Below are positions 55,838-64,000 of a stretch of 64,000 nt of DNA, one piece after another. Source of the stretch: Candidatus Babelota bacterium (GTDB lineage Bacteria; Babelota; Babeliae; Babelales; CAIQNR01). Where the stretch lies: NCBI GenBank assembly GCA_965658655.1, contig CBFHTA010000003.1, positions 52,969 through 116,968 on the forward strand, read 5' to 3'. Every line of letters starts with the position of its first letter. Positions within the stretch are counted from its first letter, which is position 1. The notes beneath the pieces are model-generated. The model did no database searches. It was not told the origin of the DNA and was given only the letters and a program-made list of their open reading frames with translations. The position numbers and the translations under genes were made by a program.

Positions 55838-58800
55838 ATGTTCAAAGGGATGGTTCGTACAAAAAGTTTCTGGTCAGTCTTAGTAGCAGCGAGTCTAGTA
55901 AGCGCAGTAGTCGGAAGTAAATATTTATTCAAAGTACTTCCCATGATTTCTGTAGATGTAAAAATGAATAGGGAACAGGCTCTGGAAAAAACAGCCACCT
56001 TAGCAAAAAACAATAATTGGGCGCCCCAAGACTGCTGGCAAACAGCACATTTTCAACAAGATCATGTTACTCAATTCTTTGCAGAACTTGAATGCGGTGG
56101 CATTACAGCATTTCAAACAATGATCGAAGATAAACTGTATGAACCATATCAATGGCATGTTAGAAATTTTAAAGAAAGTGTCACCCAGGAAACACATATT
56201 TTCTTCACTGCTCAAGGAGAACCCTATGGTTTTGAAGTAAAACTAGCAGAAGACGAGACTCCTGGAAATTTGGGAATAACAGAAGCCCGCAAACTTGCAC
56301 TGCAACTTGCACAAAAAGACTGGAATGTTTCATTTGATGATTATAAAGAAGTAGAAACATCAAAAGAAGAAACTCCTAAAGGGCGAATAGACCATACTTT
56401 CTTATACGAGCGCACCAATGCAACACTTGGAAAAGAAGGTAAATACAGAATTAAACTAGTAGTATCTGGAAACGTTTTCGCACAACTAAAGCAGTTTGTA
56501 CAAGCCCCCGAAGGCTTTATGCGTCGTTACGAAGCAATGAGATCAAAAAATAATATTTTTGCGAGCAGTTTCGGCATGCTTTTTAAAGTATTATTCTTGC
56601 TCTTAGGTGGTTTAATTGGCGGTTTTATTCTTATTCGTAAAAGAAGGTATTTACTCATTCCTGCCGCTGCAGCAGTTGGAATTCTCTCTTTCTTTGCTCT
56701 TTTAAATACCTTTAATAATCTTCCACTAGCGTGGATGAATTACAACACTGCACAATCTTCTAGCAGTTTTATGGTTAGTCTTATTACCATGAGTCTTTTT
56801 GGGGTATTACAAAATTTTATAGCCTTCTTATTGGTGGTAGGAGCCGGAGAAAGCTTAGGAAGATGGGCATTTCCTAATCATGTTCAATTTTGGAAATCAT
56901 GGTCAAAGAAAACCGGAGGCACATTAACGGTGCTGGGACAAACTCTTGGTGGCTATGCGCTTTTCTGTTTTGAATTACCATTGATGGCTGCACTTTACTA
57001 TGCACTTACACAAGGGCTTGGCTGGTGGGCTCCAACAGGCACCTTAATAAACCCTAATATTCTTGCCACCTATGCACCATGGCTTGGCGCATTCTCTAAT
57101 TCTTTATCTGCAGGATTCTGGGAAGAATTCGCGTTCCGTGCATTGCCCATAGCCGGTATGATTGTTTTAGGTAGATACTTTAAACAAGAAAAACTTTTTT
57201 TAATTATAGCAATGATTGCACAAGCCATTATTTTTGGTGGCATGCATACATTCTACGCTCAACAACCTGTCTATTTTAGAATTGTAGAACTTCTTATACC
57301 ATCACTATTATGGGCAGCAGTTTATTTAGCATTTGGTCTACTACCTGGAATTATTTGCCATTACCTTTGGGATTTAATGTGGTTCTCTTTCCCTATTATG
57401 GCCTCAAACGCATCGGGAGCATTACCACAAAAAATTATTATTATACTCACAGCACTGTTACCCCTTTTAATTGTCCTATTTAGAAGATGGCAAATAGGCA
57501 AATGGGAATACGCTTCTAAATCATCTAAAAATAGTGCGTGGAAAGTTCCTGCAGAAACGATAGAAGAAGCAGGCCCTGTAAAAACTGTTACATCCACTCT
57601 ATCTGATTATAAATTGAAACTTATTCTTGGTGCCGGTGTGCTTGGTCTTGCTGCTTGTTTATTCTTTGGAAAAGAGAGAAATACCAACCCTCCATTAACG
57701 CTTTCTAAAGAACAGGCCATTGTTGCTGCAAAAGAAGCTGTAAATGCTTTACCTGATACTGATAAAAATTGGACTATTGTAGCTCAAGCAGATAATGGTG
57801 TTACACCACAACAATTGAGGAATTACACTCATATCCATCGCTTTGTATGGCGCACTCAACTAAGAAAAATCTATAAAAAACTCTTAGGCACCTATCTAAC
57901 AACTGTACATTGGAAAACTCGCTTCATGCTCTTTGAAGGTGATATTGCTGAACGCGCAGAAGAATATATATGTTTTATTAACACCAAAGGGGAAGTCTAC
58001 CGAATTTGGCATATATTACCCGAGGCTCAAAAAGGTAAATCTCTTTCAGAAGGTGAAGCTCGAGGCATTGCTCTTTCTACTGTTAAAGAGCATTTTGGTT
58101 TGAGTACCGATCAACTTAAAGAAATATCAGCTATCGATATTAAAAAGCCTGAACGTAAAGACTGGAATTTCATCTTCCAAGACACCACACATAAACTTAA
58201 AGACGGCGGACAAACACGTATTAACATTGTTATTGGTGGAGATAAAATTGTTGATTACGAACGATTTATTTTTGTTCCCGAAGCATGGACTCGCGCTGAA
58301 ACACTACGAGAAGGAGTACTTTCTTCATTTGGTATGATCTCTATGCTTTTTCTTGTATTGCTCATTATGCTCAGTGTAGGAACCACAGCAAAGACATCTT
58401 TTGAGGGATTTAAGTTTTCTAGGTTCTTAGTATTCTTTGGAACTGTTCTCGCTATTTCAGGAATAAGTGTTATTAATAAAATTCCACTTTTCTCTTTTAC
58501 CTTCAGCTCTGCGCAACCATTTAACAACCAACTTTTTTCTATTTTAACATCACTATTTGGCTCAGTTTTGCTTCAAGGCTTTGGTTTAGCCTTTCTTTTA
58601 ATTGGCTTTAGAGCTTACTGCATGCAAACACATTATAAGAAAACTACACTACTTCCTCTTGTAGGATTTGCACTTGCATTAATTATAGCCGGTATCAGTT
58701 CGTGCTGTGATGCATTTCTACCACAATTATCTCCTAAAGTAGCCGATTTAACAGGACTTTCCACTTCTTCTGTTTTAGTAAATATATTTATCTTTGGTAG

Positions 58801-59185
58801 TTTTTACCTATTTCTGCTGATAGCACTTTTTGTGCCGGTAAGTATTTGCTTAACAACAGTTACCAACTATTGGAAAAAAAGAAACATTGTTGGTTTTATA
58901 CTTTGCGTAGCAACCGGAATCGCACTGACTGCAATGGGTGGACCAGAATCTCTAATTGCTTGCTTTGTAATTGGAATACCTATGGGTATTGGTTTCTATG
59001 CTATTCACAGATACGTGCTGATGTATGATCCAAGCCTGTTTGTTCCATTTTTTGCAGGAAGCTTAGCTTTAGAAATGTTACAGAATGGATTGCTTTATGG
59101 ATACCCTACAGCTTTGACTAATACTCTAATAGGTATTGTATGCACATTTGCTATAGGAATATTCTGGTTTAAAAAAATAAGATAG
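55838..59185 (+). CDS. Large CPBP (CAAX protease/Abi) family intramembrane glutamic protease with internal duplication
   Basis: EEFAFR, FGGMH and HYLWD CPBP motifs; two homologous extracytoplasmic domains. Confidence 0.85.
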   Translation: MFKGMVRTKSFWSVLVAASLVSAVVGSKYLFKVLPMISVDVKMNREQALEKTATLAKNNNWAPQDCWQTAHFQQDHVTQFFAELECGGITAFQTMIEDKLYEPYQWHVRNFKESVTQETHIFFTAQGEPYGFEVKLAEDETPGNLGITEARKLALQLAQKDWNVSFDDYKEVETSKEETPKGRIDHTFLYERTNATLGKEGKYRIKLVVSGNVFAQLKQFVQAPEGFMRRYEAMRSKNNIFASSFGMLFKVLFLLLGGLIGGFILIRKRRYLLIPAAAAVGILSFFALLNTFNNLPLAWMNYNTAQSSSSFMVSLITMSLFGVLQNFIAFLLVVGAGESLGRWAFPNHVQFWKSWSKKTGGTLTVLGQTLGGYALFCFELPLMAALYYALTQGLGWWAPTGTLINPNILATYAPWLGAFSNSLSAGFWEEFAFRALPIAGMIVLGRYFKQEKLFLIIAMIAQAIIFGGMHTFYAQQPVYFRIVELLIPSLLWAAVYLAFGLLPGIICHYLWDLMWFSFPIMASNASGALPQKIIIILTALLPLLIVLFRRWQIGKWEYASKSSKNSAWKVPAETIEEAGPVKTVTSTLSDYKLKLILGAGVLGLAACLFFGKERNTNPPLTLSKEQAIVAAKEAVNALPDTDKNWTIVAQADNGVTPQQLRNYTHIHRFVWRTQLRKIYKKLLGTYLTTVHWKTRFMLFEGDIAERAEEYICFINTKGEVYRIWHILPEAQKGKSLSEGEARGIALSTVKEHFGLSTDQLKEISAIDIKKPERKDWNFIFQDTTHKLKDGGQTRINIVIGGDKIVDYERFIFVPEAWTRAETLREGVLSSFGMISMLFLVLLIMLSVGTTAKTSFEGFKFSRFLVFFGTVLAISGISVINKIPLFSFTFSSAQPFNNQLFSILTSLFGSVLLQGFGLAFLLIGFRAYCMQTHYKKTTLLPLVGFALALIIAGISSCCDAFLPQLSPKVADLTGLSTSSVLVNIFIFGSFYLFLLIALFVPVSICLTTVTNYWKKRNIVGFILCVATGIALTAMGGPESLIACFVIGIPMGIGFYAIHRYVLMYDPSLFVPFFAGSLALEMLQNGLLYGYPTALTNTLIGIVCTFAIGIFWFKKIR

Positions 59186-59322
59186 TAACTAATAGAAAAA
59201 AATTATAACTGCTACTCTTTAAAGAGCTGAGCCATCTATAAAAAAATAAATTGCTCAGTTCTTTAAAGAATAGTATTTTATATAATCTAAACTATTGAGC
59301 TTAAAAACTAACTGAATGCGTG

Positions 59323-59829
59323 ATGAACAAAAACATAACTTTATTATTAATAACCTTCTTTGGAACTTTCCCTCTATCAAGTGGTATTAATCGTAAAAGA
59401 ACACACGAAATATCTGAAGACGATTACTCAAAACAACATAAGAAAAAACCTGAAGAAGAACTTACAAGTGAACTAGAAAAACTTTTAGTTTCACCTCAAA
59501 AACGCTTTGCTTCAACTTTAGAAAAAAACGCTAAAAATGAGTCCTATAAAAAAAATCGAACCACTTCCGAAAAAGACCTGCGCATTTCGCAAGCTCAGAT
59601 ATTTTTGAATCTGCTTGAGAAACAGGAATACGCTCAACTTCTAGAAAAAGATGATCTGGGCCAAGTAAGAACAAACAATTACACTTTTGGTTTGGTAAAG
59701 CAACACCATGCTATACTTTCTTCTTTGCTCAAACAACCTGAAAACAAGTCAGATGAGCAGATTTTAGAGTTATTGAAAATGCTAAACACAATAGAACGAA
59801 TAGGGTATCGTTCTTTACCATTTTCATAA
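59323..59829 (+). CDS. Secreted hypothetical protein with bipartite NLS-like segment
   Basis: MNK-hydrophobic signal peptide then RKRTHEISEDDYSKQHKKK. Confidence 0.68.
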   Translation: MNKNITLLLITFFGTFPLSSGINRKRTHEISEDDYSKQHKKKPEEELTSELEKLLVSPQKRFASTLEKNAKNESYKKNRTTSEKDLRISQAQIFLNLLEKQEYAQLLEKDDLGQVRTNNYTFGLVKQHHAILSSLLKQPENKSDEQILELLKMLNTIERIGYRSLPFS

Positions 59830-60041
59830 TTATTATCTTTCGTTATTAGGAATATATTAATGAGTCATCGTTTTTTATTTTTGAATTATACCATTTGAAG
59901 AATTACCCAGGTGACTGGTATTTTTCCAAAAACTACCCTACACTGGAAGAATATCATACGATTCAAAAAAGCTCTCTCCAATAGCGATCTTGATCTGGCG
60001 ATCGTACATATTAAATTTTGATACTAAACAAGGATGTTATA

Positions 60042-60533
60042 ATGTTTATGGATACTTCTGTTCTTTTTTCTATAATTTCTGGTACTGCAACATTCTTACT
60101 TCTTTGGCTTGTAGGCACTCTTTTAGAACACAGCATTATGAGAATGGCTACACGCAGACACTATAGCCCTGCAATTCTAAGCTTTCTTGCAGTCAGCACC
60201 AAGCGCATTTGTATGCTTGTAGGTGCCATCAGTGCGGCCGGATCATTTGGTATCGACGTCCGTGGACTTTTAGCAGGTCTTGGACTCACCGGTTTTGCAC
60301 TTGGTTTTGCCCTCAAGGATCTTCTCTCTAATACTATTGCCGGAATCTTTATTTTGCTTTATCGTCCCTTTAAAATAGGTCAAGAAATCAAAATTCAAAC
60401 AAGCAAATCATGCTATGATCAAGGTAAGGTTATCGCTATAGATTTACGCTATACTAAACTTGAAAGCGATTCTGAAACCACTCTAGTACCTAATTCAGTA
60501 ATTTTCACTAACTCCATTAGTCTTTTAAAATAA
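60042..60533 (+). CDS. Small-conductance mechanosensitive channel (short MscS family)
   Basis: GLTGFALGFALKDLLSN, RPFKIG, IDLRYT, VPNS. Exact start uncertain. Confidence 0.88.
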   Translation: MFMDTSVLFSIISGTATFLLLWLVGTLLEHSIMRMATRRHYSPAILSFLAVSTKRICMLVGAISAAGSFGIDVRGLLAGLGLTGFALGFALKDLLSNTIAGIFILLYRPFKIGQEIKIQTSKSCYDQGKVIAIDLRYTKLESDSETTLVPNSVIFTNSISLLK

Positions 60534-60631
60534 GCTCCTCGTCAAAAATTAAACCTAAAACCTTGTTTCTTAATACCTCAATATGATAGTCTAATACCTA
60601 TATAAATGGATTATCTTAAGAGGAGGTTATT

Positions 60632-61303
60632 ATGAAAAAGATTAATTTGTTATTGCTCTTCACCCTATTAATAGGAACACAATATAATATTAATGCTGCT
60701 TTTGGCGGTAGCTTAACTGAAACTGATGAAGAACGATTTGAGCGTGAATTAGTAGAAGCGATAGAACGCTCTCAACAAGAAAATTATGGAGTAACTAACG
60801 ACACTTTAACAGAAGTTGAACTTGCACAAATTGCAGAAGCAGAAGCTGTAGCTAAAGCGGAAAGATTAAGACAAGAAGAAGAAGAAGCGACTATTCTAGC
60901 CGAAGTTCTTGCTGCATCTGAAATGGATCAAAGCGGTACTGCTGTCGGTGATAATAAAGAATCTATCGCAGAAGAATTTGCAAGAGTCGCCGCTGAAAGA
61001 CACAAAAGAGTTACTAAACAACTTGCGCGACAAGGTGGATTTTTAACTCCAGGAGAAAAGCCAACAATTAGTGTAAAACCTCGAGGGATTCGTATTAAAA
61101 AAGCATCTACTAATGATACCAATGACTTGCCCGCTCCTCCTGATGAAGAATGGCTTGCAGGACTATATACAGATGGCGGCGACTACGGAGCATCTGCTAA
61201 ACCTAAGAAAAAAGATTCAACTACTACAAACGATACAGAAGGCTTTATTTCTGAACTTAACGACCAATGGAACAAAATGTTTAGTAGGGAAAAAAAGAAA
61301 TAA
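60632..61303 (+). CDS. Secreted acidic hypothetical protein with UIM-like motifs
   Basis: GAGGAGG RBS, MKK signal peptide, ERELVEAIERSQQE. Confidence 0.75.
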   Translation: MKKINLLLLFTLLIGTQYNINAAFGGSLTETDEERFERELVEAIERSQQENYGVTNDTLTEVELAQIAEAEAVAKAERLRQEEEEATILAEVLAASEMDQSGTAVGDNKESIAEEFARVAAERHKRVTKQLARQGGFLTPGEKPTISVKPRGIRIKKASTNDTNDLPAPPDEEWLAGLYTDGGDYGASAKPKKKDSTTTNDTEGFISELNDQWNKMFSREKKK

Positions 61304-61318
61304 TAAAAACACTTTTAG

Positions 61319-61357
61319 ATAATAAAAAAGGCCCGCAGTTGCAGGCCTTTTTTATTA
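61319..61357. terminator. Bidirectional intrinsic terminator
   Basis: taataaaaaaggcc...ggccttttttatta between convergent genes. Confidence 0.85.
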
Positions 61358-61376
61358 CGTTATTATACGTAGAATT

Positions 61377-62555
61377 CTAGAAATTAAATCCAGCACCTAA
61401 CTTAAAGTTAAATGACCAGAGTTTAAATATAGGCGGAGTTAAAGTTACAAGATGACGAGCTACATCATGTTTTAAGTTATTAAAGTTATTGGTGTGATCT
61501 ATAGAAGCTCCTGCATCCGGTGAAACTAGATAAAGTTCTTTAGAGTAAGTTTGTTTTACATAACCTACGTCATAAGCAAAAATAATATCTAATGGACCAG
61601 CTTCTTTAGAAACGTTAAGACCAAATTCTACGGTTGGTCGAGACTTATTTGAAGCCAAGAATTGTCCAGTATTGTGTAATAGATCGTTGGTTCCTTCATA
61701 AATACGAAGATCTCTTAGTGCACCGACAGAAAGCCCTGTTCCTAGTTTAAAGTTATATCTGAATCCGTAATATCTAAAGAGCTCGTATTGCCCAAAGACA
61801 AGTACAGACCATTTTTTAATAGATTGGCGAGTTCGTAAGTCACCTGCAACTCCTACATCTTTATAAGTCCCTTGATAGGCATCGTTCTTCTTTGCAAAGG
61901 AAGCTTGAATACCCATAGCTCCTTCAACTGTTTTACCTGCTTTAAACAATGACGGTAGATTTTCGTAAACCGCTGACAACACATAAGAAACTTGAGGAGC
62001 TGGTTTTGACTTAGTGATTTCAATAGTATCTTTTTCTGTTTCTACTGCATTACTTAATAAACCATTTGCAGCTACGCCTGCTTGTACAGCATCAAGGAGC
62101 TCTGTCTTTTGTTCTTTGTGGTATACCATAAATCCATAATTGAATTCTTGTTGGTAGTTTTTAAATCTACCATCTTTGAACCTTACTTGGTTTCTTTTTG
62201 CTTCTGCACGATCTTTTTTACGTTGCACTTCTTTAACCTGAAATTTTGCTATTCTTTTTAACTTCTTATCATGTTTCTTTGATGAAGAAGAATGAGCAGG
62301 AGGCGTGGGAGCTTTACTAACAGCTATTTTATGTAACTTAGATTTTTTGTGAGGTTTAGTAATGTTTTTTGCTTTTAAAGTCTTATGATGTTTCTTTGAT
62401 GAAGAAGAATGAGCAGGAGGCGTGGGAGCTTTATTAACAGCCATTTTATTTGACTTTTCAGAGTCTCCATCGTTAATAAGTCTTTGACGTTTAGCATCCA
62501 ATGACCCTATGAGAAGAAGGAATATTGCTATTCCTAGTTTTTTACTTTTATTCAC
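61377..62555 (-). CDS. Probable outer-membrane beta-barrel protein with basic, repeated N-terminal extension
   Basis: Signal peptide; amphipathic beta strands; C-terminal FNFKLGAGFNF ending in Phe (BamA-type beta signal). Confidence 0.72.
   Translation of the reverse strand: MNKSKKLGIAIFLLLIGSLDAKRQRLINDGDSEKSNKMAVNKAPTPPAHSSSSKKHHKTLKAKNITKPHKKSKLHKIAVSKAPTPPAHSSSSKKHDKKLKRIAKFQVKEVQRKKDRAEAKRNQVRFKDGRFKNYQQEFNYGFMVYHKEQKTELLDAVQAGVAANGLLSNAVETEKDTIEITKSKPAPQVSYVLSAVYENLPSLFKAGKTVEGAMGIQASFAKKNDAYQGTYKDVGVAGDLRTRQSIKKWSVLVFGQYELFRYYGFRYNFKLGTGLSVGALRDLRIYEGTNDLLHNTGQFLASNKSRPTVEFGLNVSKEAGPLDIIFAYDVGYVKQTYSKELYLVSPDAGASIDHTNNFNNLKHDVARHLVTLTPPIFKLWSFNFKLGAGFNF
62271..62433 (-). repeat. Exact 46-nt intragenic direct repeat (KAPTPPAHSSSSKKH x2)
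   Basis: Copies at 62271-62316 and 62388-62433, 117 nt apart. Confidence 0.9.
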
Positions 62556-62631
62556 TCTACTTCCTTTCTTTTTTACAAAACACTATACTTCAGGATTATA
62601 CAAATAAAGTGAGTACGTCAACTTTTTTTGA

Positions 62632-62841
62632 AACGAACCCCATAAAAGCCCCTTCCTGATAGCCCTCCAGAAAATCAAAATTAATTATGCAGATTATATT
62701 AGTGAATCAATATCTCTGCAACATGAACTGCAAGTAGCATATAAGGCACTTCTACATACGCCCTATGACGAAAAGTTAATTATTGCTACCCTGCTACATG
62801 ACATTGTACAGCTACAAGAAAAACCTGTAAAAACCCTTTAA
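62632..62841 (+). pseudogene. Remnant of an HD-domain phosphohydrolase/oxygenase (PhnZ/HDIG-like)
   Basis: Frame without ATG/GTG/TTG start: ...DYISESISLQHELQ...DEKLIIATLLHDIV, stops 10 codons after HD. Confidence 0.6.
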
Positions 62842-63342
62842 GAGCTTCATTTTAATGAGTTGCTCCAATAACACCAATAAAACAATTCCTGTAAGATAAA
62901 ACAACGAAATTATTAGCACCAATACCCACTCCTAAGGCACTTTTATAGGCATTCGCAGACCCACACCAGACACAGAACATTTGATTAGTAAAAGACAGAG
63001 AATAAATTCATTTAGAATAACCTTTATCCCACAAAAAAATCTATTTTAAAAAAAACATTTTGTTAGAAAAAACAAAAAATCAAAGTTTTTATATCGCACA
63101 CATGAATTTTTTAAAATTATATTAATCGATTTCATTTTAATCACTTAAAGGATCGAAGAGAACGTAATTTTTTAAAGAAAATGGAGATTTTATAGTACCT
63201 GCAAGACATCAATAAACACTATATTTTTTTACTACTACTTTTAATCTCTTCTAAAAAAGAAAAAATGATGCAAAAAAGTACAATATTGAACCCAATATAA
63301 TACTTTTCACAATATAAACCTTCATTTTTTAATTTTAGGCAT

Positions 63343-63371
63343 AAAAAAAGACCCGTATTTCTACGAGTCTT
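63343..63371 (-). terminator. Terminator of the rRNA operon
   Basis: On minus strand aagactcgtag-aaa-tacgggtcttttttt directly after the 5S gene. Confidence 0.8.
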
Positions 63372-63378
63372 AATTTAA

Positions 63379-63493
63379 TTTGGCGGTACCTGCTTTCCCG
63401 GTCCGTTTCCAGACAAGTATCATCGGCAGTACAGACTTAACTTCCGTATTCGGAATGGTAACGGGTGTATCCCTGTACTTATCACCACCAAAA
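63379..63493 (-). rRNA. rrf: 5S rRNA
   Basis: Reverse complement has cccgttaccattccgaatacggaagttaag and gccgatgat; 5'/3' ends pair. Ends approximate. Confidence 0.93.
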
Positions 63494-63635
63494 ATTTGTA
63501 CTTCAAAATGTTCATACTTTAGAACTATACGACCATTTTGAAAAAAATTTTTCTTGCGATCTTGCGATCAGTTTGTAAATCAAGTAACTACTTTATAGAG
63601 CGACTACCACAATGATTCTCAACAAATTATAATGT

Positions 63636-64000
<365 letters not shown>

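Noticed and set aside
59830..60017. Imperfect hairpins upstream of mscS as a riboswitch or ncRNA
   Set aside because: Weak AT-rich pairing and no recognisable aptamer consensus.
62850..62990. Short minus-strand hydrophobic frames
   Set aside because: Under 45 codons with no motif; cannot be distinguished from noise.

Overview
A ~35% GC bacterial chromosome segment, mostly core genes: rseP (partial), rplM, pepP, recR, yidC, murC, rpsP-trmD-rplS, hflX, uvrD/pcrA, trpS, a DEAD-box helicase, a cdaA-like/cdaR-like/glmM operon, rpsO-pnp-rph-holA, the tRNA/rpmG/secE/nusG/rplKAJL/rpoBC cluster, tsaE, atpG, murA, tdk, radA, mscS, six tRNAs and the 3' end of a 23S-5S rRNA operon. Many orphan proteins with an MKK-type Sec signal peptide lie between them. 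This make-up suggests (inference only) a host-associated lineage such as Ca. Dependentiae/Babelota (TM6). No CRISPR array, integrase, transposase or prophage was seen. Main observations: (1) an intact cdaA-cdaR-glmM operon whose diadenylate cyclase has lost both catalytic motifs (DGA->DNM, RHR->WLQ); (2) secreted orphans carrying eukaryote-type linear motifs (IQ, UIM, bipartite NLS, PPxY), some in tandem promoter+signal-peptide cassettes; (3) a charge-complementary pair of secreted glycine-zipper proteins; (4) three paralogous, internally duplicated DUF378-like membrane proteins; (5) a MutS-like ATPase with a signal peptide; (6) a structured 5' leader on the DEAD-box gene; (7) natural variants at antibiotic target sites in MurA, RpoB and L11. 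All family calls come from reading motifs by eye; no database searches were run.
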